Shown piece by piece: positions 1 to 7,599 of a stretch of DNA of 39,094 bases. The notes below the pieces were generated by a model that was given only the letters and a program-made list of their open reading frames with translations, was not told the DNA's origin and did not search any database. This stretch comes from Fidelibacterota bacterium. GTDB taxonomy: Bacteria > Fidelibacterota > Marinisomatia > Marinisomatales > UBA2128. Position 1 is the stretch's first letter, and each line of letters opens with the position of its first letter. The stretch spans positions 1-39,094 of the forward strand of contig JBHHUM010000016.1 of assembly GCA_046861645.1 (NCBI GenBank). The letters are read 5' to 3'. The position numbers were made by a program, and so were the translations under genes.

Positions 1-91
1 GTCTTTTCAGGTCAATGTAATCCGAAACGACATCCAGGATATCAGCAGTGTCACGAATTTGGTCAATGGTTTCCTGTGGAATCCGAGCCAT
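1..91 (-). CDS. dnaG: DNA primase, 5' end (runs off the window)
   Basis: Own translation from ATG at 91: MARIPQETIDQIRDTADILDVVSDYIDLKR, the typical DnaG zinc-binding-domain N-terminus; follows yqeY-cvpA. Confidence 0.85.
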   Translation of the reverse strand, partial: MARIPQETIDQIRDTADILDVVSDYIDLKR

Positions 92-92
92 G

Positions 93-665
93 TTATTTCT
101 TTTTATCCAAAGATAACGATGTTTGTTGAGGTTTTATGATTTCTTTTATTTTCTTCTGTAACCATTCTTCGCTTTTGTTTGCAAGTGGAGTCATTCCAGA
201 AATATTTCTAATCCAGTTTCTATATCCATCTGAGTGATTGTAGAGATAAGAACGACCTTTGAAATCTCCAACAGTTTTCGTATTAGGCAAAATTTCCACT
301 AGCCACAAAAACATTAGAATTATCACTGAGCCACGGAGTAACCCAAAAAGGGATCCTACTGTGCTGTTAGCTAATTCGACCCCCTGTTCAAGGATGACCT
401 GCTGTACCCATCTGGTAACAATACGTATCGTGAAGAGACAGATGATGAGTAGGATAGTAAAACTTACTATTCTTAAAAAGATGTCATCTGTTCTGAGATG
501 GTCCTGAAGCCAGCTGTGGAAAAAGCCGAAGAATCTCATGGAGATGAGTGTGCTTATTATAAGTTCAACCACTCGGGCTACCTCTTCTAAAAAACCGCGT
601 TTGAAACCAATGTAGCCCGAGATCAGCAATAGGGGTATACTAAGCCAGTCGATAGGGTGGGTCAC
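93..665 (-). CDS. cvpA: CvpA (colicin V production) family membrane protein
   Basis: N-terminal D..GFKRGFLEE motif, hydrophobic helices, G.LFG.LRG motif. Confidence 0.85.
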   Translation of the reverse strand: MTHPIDWLSIPLLLISGYIGFKRGFLEEVARVVELIISTLISMRFFGFFHSWLQDHLRTDDIFLRIVSFTILLIICLFTIRIVTRWVQQVILEQGVELANSTVGSLFGLLRGSVIILMFLWLVEILPNTKTVGDFKGRSYLYNHSDGYRNWIRNISGMTPLANKSEEWLQKKIKEIIKPQQTSLSLDKKK

Positions 666-1108
666 GTTGAAAGGAGTTTGCTGACGATCTGCTGAGCTGT
701 TTTGCCGTCGCCCCGGCCAGCGATTTGTTTCATAACTTGCCCCATGACTTTTCCCATTGCTGCCATGGAAGTGGCACCTGTTTCAGCTATTACAGCCTGG
801 ATAATTTCACGCATTTCGGTGGTGCTAAGCTGTTGAGGAAGATACTCTTCAATAATTTTCAGTTCTATTTTCTCTTGTTGGACAAGATCGCCTCTTTTCC
901 CCTGTTTATAAAGTTCAATCGCTTCTCTTCTCTGTTTGGCAGCAGTCTGTAGTACTTTAAGAGCTTCTCCTTCAGATAAATCCTCTCCAGTGGCGATGGA
1001 TCTTTCTTTCAATTTAGCCAACAGGGTTCTTAGTGTTCGTACCCTGTCAACGTCCTTTTCCTTTAGGGCATGCTGTATAGCAGTTTGAATATTGTTGTAT
1101 AAGGGCAT
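662..1108 (-). CDS. yqeY: GatB/YqeY domain protein
   Basis: 148 aa; KQRREAIELY..GKR.DL..E..E...EEYLPQQLS and MGKVMG motifs. Confidence 0.9.
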   Translation of the reverse strand: MPLYNNIQTAIQHALKEKDVDRVRTLRTLLAKLKERSIATGEDLSEGEALKVLQTAAKQRREAIELYKQGKRGDLVQQEKIELKIIEEYLPQQLSTTEMREIIQAVIAETGATSMAAMGKVMGQVMKQIAGRGDGKTAQQIVSKLLST

Positions 1109-1132
1109 TCTTACCTCGAGAAATAACTGACC

Positions 1133-1161
1133 AAATTACGTTCGACGCAAAGTGAAATCAA
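1133..1161 (-). promoter_or_regulatory. Sigma70-type promoter for yqeY-cvpA-dnaG
   Basis: Minus strand TTGATT-N17-TAATTT, about 25 nt upstream of the yqeY start. Confidence 0.55.
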
Positions 1162-1198
1162 GCCGTTTTGAGAGGTTGAAGTAGGATGAAGGGGGGGA

Positions 1199-1326
1199 GG
1201 CCGGTGCCCGAATCTACCGAATGACCATTTCGGCAGGCGAGATTGTCAGGTTAACGGGGTACCTTTTTCAAGTTCTCGCAGATACTGCCAGGTAGAATTA
1301 GAGGGAAATGCCATTGGGCACCGGCC
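1199..1326 (-). ncRNA. Structured non-coding RNA candidate (extended rod-like hairpin, 6S RNA-like)
   Basis: Perfect 11-bp terminal stem GGCCGGTGCCC/GGGCACCGGCC plus nested helices TCTACC/GGTAGA, GGCAG/CTGCC, GCGAGA/TCTCGC; no ORF. Strand inferred from an upstream TTGAAA-N17-TAAAAA element on the minus strand. Confidence 0.5.
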
Positions 1327-1416
1327 CGAAGCTTTGCTTTAATTTTTATTTTACTTATTGACATTTTTCAAGATATGTAGAGTAGGTTGTCTCGTATTAT
1401 TCTAAAAAAAGATGGA

Positions 1417-1863
1417 CTAAATCAGTCCTAACTCCCTCATGATATTGTGTTTGTCGGCTACTCTTTTTGCCAGTTTCTTTAAGGATTCACGAGATAGCAT
1501 ATCATTAATCTCATCCCGGATGGGTTTCCAGCGGTGATGTAGAGGACACGGTTGTTCATCAGCGCATTTATCCAGCCCGAAGATGCAAGGATCCTCAGCT
1601 GGAGGAGGACCATCGATAGCATGAATTATCTCAGGCAAGTAGATTTCGCTCGCTGGTCTGGCTAACTTTATGCCTCCTTTGCGGCCCCGTACCGTTTCAA
1701 GCAAGTAGTGTCGACTGAGGATTTGTGTAATCTTGGCGAGGAATTGCTTAGGGATGTTATATCCTTCAGCAATCTCACCGATCATTACCGGACCTGGGTC
1801 GTTCTTCGAAGCGAGATAAATCATCGCCTGAATGCCGTATTCTGCTGATTTAGAGAATATCAT
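1417..1863 (-). CDS. Rrf2-family transcriptional regulator (paralogue 1, three Cys)
   Basis: SKSAEYG, wHTH, RGRKGG.KLARP and C-x6-C-x5-C-PLH. Confidence 0.92.
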   Translation of the reverse strand: MIFSKSAEYGIQAMIYLASKNDPGPVMIGEIAEGYNIPKQFLAKITQILSRHYLLETVRGRKGGIKLARPASEIYLPEIIHAIDGPPPAEDPCIFGLDKCADEQPCPLHHRWKPIRDEINDMLSRESLKKLAKRVADKHNIMRELGLI

Positions 1864-1869
1864 CTACAA

Positions 1870-1916
1870 GACCTCATTATCACTTTTAAGTTACCCGAAT
1901 AACGTTGACGAGTCAA
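1870..1916 (-). promoter_or_regulatory. Promoter of rrf2-1 with downstream putative Rrf2 operator
   Basis: Minus strand TTGACT-N17-TAACTT (1916-1888); GAT-AATGAG-GTC at 1881-1870. Confidence 0.55.
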
Positions 1917-1941
1917 GAAATTTTATACGATTGATTATTAC

Positions 1942-2597
1942 CCCAAATTCCGACGTTGACGGCAAAAAAGAGAAAAAAACCATCATTGACTGAAGACGGA
2001 GATAGATTTCCAGCGATGTGGAGTTGATTTTCCCGATGGTGATAAACAGACAGGTATTTTTTCACAAAAACATACAGAGAAACTTGTTTTTCAGCGAAAC
2101 AAGATACAACTATCCCTCGGATTTCTGTTTCGTTTCACTAAAAAGTCGTTTATCTTCTTAATATCATCTGTTCCTGCATTTTTACCAAATCGCTGCAGCC
2201 ATTTGCCAACTGCATCGCTACCCGGCATATGTTTCATCTGGATTAATGAACGAAAGCCAACATCGTCTTTTATCCCTTGTATCTCTTCTAAATGTCTTCC
2301 ACCGTCTGTAAAATGGTAAACCAGTGTCCGTACATAATCAGAATAATTTATTCCACGCCCTGAACCAGGTAATGGAAGTTTTTATTCATTACCTTGGTAA
2401 ATTCAACTCCGGTCATAAACTCATCTACCAAAGCTAAATTGCCACGATCTGTTAATTTGGTTTTGGGTTGCTTGACCAAAAATGATAATATTTTTCGTTG
2501 CATATGTTCTCACCTCCAGGGTGTGTATTTGAATGTTTTTAACTAACTGTAATTTACGCACTTAGGGGGTGTTTTTATATTAATGTCGGAATTAGGG
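1942..2597 (-). mobile_element. Internally deleted IS1380-family insertion sequence (non-autonomous)
   Basis: Ends CCCAAATTCCGACGTTGA and (reverse complement) CCCTAATTCCGACATTAA match at 15/18; flanked by direct repeat TATTAC (1936-1941, 2598-2603); carries a transposase remnant. Confidence 0.8.
2091..2503 (-). pseudogene. IS1380-family transposase N-terminal fragment, frameshifted and truncated
   Basis: RBS GGAGGTG then MQRKILSFLVKQPKTKLTDRGNLALVDEF; frameshift in an A-run; then LPLPGSGRG..YV..L......GG.HLEE....DDVGF...MPGSDAVGKWLQRFG; DDE domain absent. Confidence 0.75.
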
Positions 2598-2715
2598 TAT
2601 TACTCTTATCTAGGAATTAAACTAAAGTTAATCTGCTTTTTAAGTGGTATGGTTGAATACTGGATATTAAAACCTGACTGAAGCTGTGGTAAGGCTGTTT
2701 AAAAGAGTATATCAG

Positions 2716-2774
2716 GATGAAAAACTCTTGACTTAGATTGATAAACTACTTAAATTCAGACAAACAGGCCTGAA
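2716..2774 (+). promoter_or_regulatory. Promoter of the rrf2-2/nos operon with flanking putative Rrf2 operators
   Basis: TTGACT(2728)-N17-TAAATT(2751); TTCA-GAC-AAACAG-GCC-TGAA at 2755-2774 and GAT-GAAAAA-CTC at 2716-2727. Confidence 0.6.
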
Positions 2775-2794
2775 TATCTGATACACAAAGTCAA

Positions 2795-3247
2795 ATGTCT
2801 TTAATCTTCAGCAGATCGTGTGAATACGCCCTCCAGTCCATAATATATCTTGCCGCTCAACCTCCCGGAAAACCATCTCTACAACGAGACATTTCCAAAG
2901 CTCTGAATATACCTCCACATTTCCTTGGTAAGATTCTCCAATCTTTAACTCATCATGAAATTGTTTCTTCCCAAAAAGGTAAATCTGGTGGTTTCATTCT
3001 TAACAAACCGGCTGATGAAATTTCTTTGATGACTGTGGTTAAGATAACCGATGGTGACCTATTCCTAGAAAAGTGTGTTATCGGTTTCCCCGGTTGTGAC
3101 GATGATAATGCCTGTCCACTCCACAGTCAATGGAGTGCTGCAAAAAAGATTATTATGCAAATGTTAAAGAACAAGCATGTTGCTGAACTCAGCGAGGAGC
3201 TGAAAACCAAATTAGATTATATTGCAGCCATTCAATTAAATGAGTGA
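2795..3247 (+). CDS. Rrf2-family transcriptional regulator (paralogue 2, three Cys)
   Basis: FSRSCEYALQ, KGKSGGF.L and CVIGFPGCDDDNACPLH. Confidence 0.92.
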   Translation: MSLIFSRSCEYALQSIIYLAAQPPGKPSLQRDISKALNIPPHFLGKILQSLTHHEIVSSQKGKSGGFILNKPADEISLMTVVKITDGDLFLEKCVIGFPGCDDDNACPLHSQWSAAKKIIMQMLKNKHVAELSEELKTKLDYIAAIQLNE

Positions 3248-3336
3248 ATAGGAGCAGGTAGAGGATAATCTAATGAGAGTGATGAACAGGTGGTTATCAT
3301 CGCTTAATGTAAAAATTTCCAATGATAGGTTGATTC

Positions 3337-4089
3337 ATGAAAAAACATCATAAAACTATTATTAGTACTTCCGTTGTCGTAGCGATTCTAGTTACGGGAT
3401 ATTTTTACATCTTATATGACAAGATTTACTTATCTAAGGAAAAGATTGAAATGAAAGATAATCTCAAAATTCAACATTTTGAGGGAGAATTTGATCTTAG
3501 TGTAGATGCCCTATTTTGGCAGGATATCAAAGCGGAACGAATACTATTATATCCTCAAGCAGCGAAATCACCCTACGGTACTTCGGAGAAGGAGTTGTGG
3601 GTAAAGGCGGCTTACAATAAAGAGGAGATTGCTTTTTTGATTGAATTTGAAGACAGCACGCAGGATCTTGGTACTCCTGCTAATCCCGACGCCTGTGCCC
3701 TGCTCCTTGCAGCTGCGGATGCTCCAGCCACAGCTCAGATGATGGGCTACGAAAGTACGGCTAATGTGTGGCAATGGTTGGCAGAAAGAGATGTGGAGAG
3801 ATTTGTCAAGGGTAACACATCTATTAAAGCAGTTCGAGAGTTAATTGCCCATGGACCGGGAACCCAGACCCCTCTTGAGAAACAGAATGTGGAAGGGAAA
3901 GGAATTTACAGTGAAGGTAAGTGGAAGGTAATCTTTAAACGGAAACTCAAGAGTAATCAAGAAGATGAATTTCAGTTGAAGGTGGGTACAAATATGCGTA
4001 TCGCTTTTGCACTCTGGGACGGATCAAAGATGGAGAGTTTTTCCAGGAAGTCGATAGCTATTTTGCGGAAATTAAGCTGGGAGATTTAA
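3337..4089 (+). CDS. Membrane-anchored DOMON-like heme-b protein (ethylbenzene dehydrogenase gamma subunit/EB_dh family)
   Basis: N-terminal TM helix; VKAAYN....F..EF.D, PDACA, MMG, VWQW, G.WKVIFKRKL, IAFALWDG...E...RK; candidate Met/Lys heme ligands as in EbdC. Confidence 0.75.
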   Translation: MKKHHKTIISTSVVVAILVTGYFYILYDKIYLSKEKIEMKDNLKIQHFEGEFDLSVDALFWQDIKAERILLYPQAAKSPYGTSEKELWVKAAYNKEEIAFLIEFEDSTQDLGTPANPDACALLLAAADAPATAQMMGYESTANVWQWLAERDVERFVKGNTSIKAVRELIAHGPGTQTPLEKQNVEGKGIYSEGKWKVIFKRKLKSNQEDEFQLKVGTNMRIAFALWDGSKMESFSRKSIAILRKLSWEI

Positions 4090-5981
4090 TGAAAAGGATA
4101 TTGCTGATATCAACAGTTGTTTTACTCAGTCTTACCACCTTTTCATGCAGCCAAGCGGAAGCCAATGTTTCTTCTAAGGGCAAGGTGAGGCATATTGAAT
4201 TAAGAGCAAAAAGATTTTCTTATACACCCAGTACTATCACTGTCAATAAAGGTGACAAGTTAGTGCTAAAACTAATCAGTGAAGACGTAACTCACGGTTT
4301 TTTCCTGGATGGTTACGATGTTGAATTCTACGTGCATCCTGGTGAAACCAGAGAGGTCATCATTAACGCCGATAAGGCTGGTAAATTCATCTTTCGTTGC
4401 TCAAAAACTTGTGGTGAGTTTCATCCTTATATGGTCGGACATCTAAAGGTTTTACCTAATACCAGGTTTTTAGGGGCAACTCTCCTCGTAGCTTTGCTTG
4501 GCTTGGGATCATTGGGTTTCTCCTTGCGATCGAAAGGTAATCCCAATCCCCATGAGAAGTTGTTTGGTTTGATTCCTCTCAACTGGAGATTCGAGCTTAC
4601 TAAATTCAAAATAGTTAGGCAGCTATTAAAAAGCAGATGGTTCCCCCTAGTCCCAATATTAATAAACTTATTTATCTTTGCGATTATTTTGGTGGCTGGT
4701 TTTGTAGGTGGTTTATCCTCCGGAAACTACAATTTTGGTATCATGATTGTCTGGATACTATGGTGGGTATTATTAATGATTATTATGGTGCCTGTTATTG
4801 GAAGATTCTGGTGTATGGTTTGTCCCTTTCCCCTTTTTGGAGATTGGCTACAGCGATTGAAACTGGTAAAGGTGGGAAGGCAAAAATCCTTTGGGTTGAA
4901 CAAGAGGTGGCCCAATGAAATTCGGAATCTCTGGCCTTTAGTTATCCTCTTTTTTGTCTCCACCTGGTTTTCGGGTTTCTTCACAGTTAGACCCTTTGCT
5001 ACTTTCATCTTTCTGTCAATAATTATTGGTACAGCAACTGTTGTAGCTCTGATTTATGGAAAGCGAACGTTCTGTCTTTTTATGTGTCCGGTCAGTGGTT
5101 TTCAGGGACTTTATGCCAATTTCTCCCTTTGCGAAGTGCGCGTCAAGGATCCAGAAGTCTGTAAGGGTCATACTCCTAAGACATGCGTAGTAGGTAACGA
5201 AAAGGGCTATGGATGTCCCTGGATGGAACAACCTTACGATTTAAACAGGAACACGTATTGCGGACTCTGTATGGAGTGCTTCAAGTCCTGCCCTCATGAT
5301 AATATGGCCTTCAACCTGCGGCCTTTTGGAGCTGATTTACTGGCGGAAAGAAAACGGACGGATGATAAATATCGGCGCCGGGGTTTGGATGAAGCTTTTA
5401 AAGCACTGACTATGATCGGGATTTTCATGGTTTTCTTCACAGCTTTTCAAAGTCCTTCCGGTGAATTCAAAGATATGGTAAGAGCAACCACGCTTAGTGG
5501 TTACTTTTCTTATATCACTGAGGCGGCCTTTGTTGATTTCCTGTTTATTCCCGGTTTATTCCTGTTGTTTGCTTATCTCTCAAAAAAATTCAGCAGGAAC
5601 AGGGAAGTCAAGCTGAAAGATGTATTTGTTAATTTTTCATATTGTTTGGTTCCTATTGGTCTGGGTATATGGGCGGCATTCAGCCTCGGTATTATCTTTC
5701 CTAATGGCAGTTATATTCTTCATATCCTTTCCGATCCATTTGCTTGGGGATGGGATCTATTTGGTACGGCGAAATATCCTTGGTCACCTTTTTTAACTGG
5801 TGCCATGCCCTTCTTACAAATTACCCTGATACTGGCTGGACTCCTGTTTGCACTGGATTATGGTTTTAAATTCGCCAGACAGACTTTTGCTACAATTACT
5901 GAAGCCAAAAGAGGTTGGATACCGATGCTTGTTTTTCTGGTGGGCATCAACATTTTCTTCATGAATCTTTTCGTAGGATAG
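4089..5981 (+). CDS. CuA-cupredoxin fused to a NosH/NapH-like polytopic 4Fe-4S membrane protein (probable lipoprotein)
   Basis: FSC lipobox-like signal; HGF...CSKTCGEFHPYM CuA motif; two CxxxCP motifs (CMVCP-like, CLFMCP); ferredoxin motif CGLCMECFKSCP; about 10 TM segments. Confidence 0.8.
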   Translation: MKRILLISTVVLLSLTTFSCSQAEANVSSKGKVRHIELRAKRFSYTPSTITVNKGDKLVLKLISEDVTHGFFLDGYDVEFYVHPGETREVIINADKAGKFIFRCSKTCGEFHPYMVGHLKVLPNTRFLGATLLVALLGLGSLGFSLRSKGNPNPHEKLFGLIPLNWRFELTKFKIVRQLLKSRWFPLVPILINLFIFAIILVAGFVGGLSSGNYNFGIMIVWILWWVLLMIIMVPVIGRFWCMVCPFPLFGDWLQRLKLVKVGRQKSFGLNKRWPNEIRNLWPLVILFFVSTWFSGFFTVRPFATFIFLSIIIGTATVVALIYGKRTFCLFMCPVSGFQGLYANFSLCEVRVKDPEVCKGHTPKTCVVGNEKGYGCPWMEQPYDLNRNTYCGLCMECFKSCPHDNMAFNLRPFGADLLAERKRTDDKYRRRGLDEAFKALTMIGIFMVFFTAFQSPSGEFKDMVRATTLSGYFSYITEAAFVDFLFIPGLFLLFAYLSKKFSRNREVKLKDVFVNFSYCLVPIGLGIWAAFSLGIIFPNGSYILHILSDPFAWGWDLFGTAKYPWSPFLTGAMPFLQITLILAGLLFALDYGFKFARQTFATITEAKRGWIPMLVFLVGINIFFMNLFVG

Positions 5982-5986
5982 TTCAA

Positions 5987-6370
5987 ATGCGTAAACAAGA
6001 AATCATAGCCGTAATTCTGGTAATTCTCTGTACAGTAGGTACTGTGTTAGCTATCTTCACTTATGAGTCCAGTCGCAAGATACCTGATACAGTGGAACTG
6101 TTGGCTCGCACTCCAGACAGAGGTAATTGGTCTCCAATACTCATCAGAGCAAAGAAGGACCAGGAGATAACACTGATTATAAGGAACGTCGACATCGTCT
6201 CACATGGATTTTACCTTCCCTCGTTTGATGTGATGGTAAGAGAGATCAAGGCCGGAGAAATTGAGACTGTTACCTTCACTCCTGATGAAGTGGGAAAGCA
6301 CCCTTTCTACTGTTCTGTCTGGTGTAGTGATTACCATATGCATATGAGGGGAGATTTAGTTGTTGAATAG
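5987..6370 (+). CDS. Membrane-anchored CuA cupredoxin (COX2-like domain)
   Basis: Start reassigned to ATG 5987 (MRKQEII), just after the previous stop; TM anchor; HGFY...CSVWCSDYHMHM. Confidence 0.85.
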   Translation: MRKQEIIAVILVILCTVGTVLAIFTYESSRKIPDTVELLARTPDRGNWSPILIRAKKDQEITLIIRNVDIVSHGFYLPSFDVMVREIKAGEIETVTFTPDEVGKHPFYCSVWCSDYHMHMRGDLVVE

Positions 6371-6379
6371 GAGGTTTCG

Positions 6380-7054
6380 ATGAACAAAAAACTAAACGTA
6401 TTAATAGGAATTGGAGTGGTTACAGCGATTGCTTTGGTGTTTATAGCATATCAGGAATACCAAGGGAGTCAGAAACCTGCAGCAAAGCTAAATGCTGACC
6501 ATCCAGCTTTGCAGAACCCTGATGTTGCCGGGAAGCAAGTCGTGGAAAGAATCGAACTTTCTACTAAAAAACCAGCCTTCAATTTCAGACTTACTGATAT
6601 GGATCGTACTTTAACACAGCTTGACGATTTTAAAGGGAAACTTGTTTTAGTTGGATTTATCTATACATCTTGTCCTGATGTATGTGGTTTGTTAACACAA
6701 CACTTTCGTTATATACAGAGGGAATTCAAGGATGAAATAGATAAAGATCTGGTATTGGTGTTGATCACGACTGATCCGGAGCGGGATACACCGGAAAGGA
6801 CAAAGGCCTATACTGATGGATTTCAGGGAAGATGGCATTTCCTTACAGGAAGTGAATCTCAATTAAGTGAAGTATGGGATGAATATAAGGTCTTTGTCCA
6901 GGCTAAGAAAAGTGTTGATCTTGTTTACCATAGTTACATGGTGGCGTTGATTGACAGAGATGCAAATATCCGCTACAGATATATCGGATTGGTTGACCCG
7001 GAAGAGGTTATTGTGAAAGACATCAAAAAGCTGCTAAAAGAGCAGGAGGTGTAA
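6380..7054 (+). CDS. SCO1/SenC copper chaperone
   Basis: FIYTSCPDVC (CxxxC), DPERDTP, WHFLTG, conserved His in VYHS; RBS GGAGG. Confidence 0.92.
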   Translation: MNKKLNVLIGIGVVTAIALVFIAYQEYQGSQKPAAKLNADHPALQNPDVAGKQVVERIELSTKKPAFNFRLTDMDRTLTQLDDFKGKLVLVGFIYTSCPDVCGLLTQHFRYIQREFKDEIDKDLVLVLITTDPERDTPERTKAYTDGFQGRWHFLTGSESQLSEVWDEYKVFVQAKKSVDLVYHSYMVALIDRDANIRYRYIGLVDPEEVIVKDIKKLLKEQEV

Positions 7055-7055
7055 T

Positions 7056-7568
7056 ATGAGAAAAAGAATAGCACGTTCATTGCTCCTGATACCTACTCTT
7101 ATAATGATGGTTTCGTGTTCACAGGATGGAGTAGGAGGACTGGCTCAAACAGAGGAATTTGTTCCAGGGGTCAAACGGTGGTCAGGTCCCTATCATAGGA
7201 TATCAGAGCCGTCTAGACGACCAGCTCATGAGTTAGGTAAACCCGATGTGACTATTACAATTGACGTAGTTACTGCTGAATACAGGCCTAATGTTATTCG
7301 TGTGAAACAGGGTCAGGTAGTGAAATTGATACTTAAAGGTGGTGATGACGGTGACTTACCGAAAATAACAGGGTTGACAAACTTCAGTGGACACGGTTTC
7401 CATGTCATAGGACCTTACGATATCTGGATCACAGGATTGAGATCAAATGTCGTCAGGGAGATTGTCTTCGAAGCTACCGTACCAGGGGAGTTTCCCATTG
7501 AGTGTGTCGTGTTCTGCAGTGTAGATCACTACAAGATGCGAGGCAAACTGATTGTTGAACCTGTCTGA
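7056..7568 (+). CDS. Lipoprotein CuA cupredoxin
   Basis: Signal ending VSC; HGFH...CVVFCSVDHYKM CuA motif. Confidence 0.82.
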   Translation: MRKRIARSLLLIPTLIMMVSCSQDGVGGLAQTEEFVPGVKRWSGPYHRISEPSRRPAHELGKPDVTITIDVVTAEYRPNVIRVKQGQVVKLILKGGDDGDLPKITGLTNFSGHGFHVIGPYDIWITGLRSNVVREIVFEATVPGEFPIECVVFCSVDHYKMRGKLIVEPV

Positions 7569-7599
7569 TATGTCAGTCTAGTTAAGAAGGAGACAAGAA

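Noticed and set aside
1199..1326. SRP RNA, tRNA or a simple terminator as the identity of the hairpin
   Set aside because: No SRP GNRA/CAGG...AGCAG helix-8 motif, no cloverleaf, and too long and multi-helical for a terminator.
5915..5986. Longer 151-aa start for the second cupredoxin
   Set aside because: It overlaps the upstream gene by 67 nt; ATG 5987 gives a clean basic-hydrophobic anchor.
4089..7568. CuA proteins as cytochrome c oxidase subunit II genes
   Set aside because: No heme-copper oxidase subunit I in the window, and the context is nosZ.
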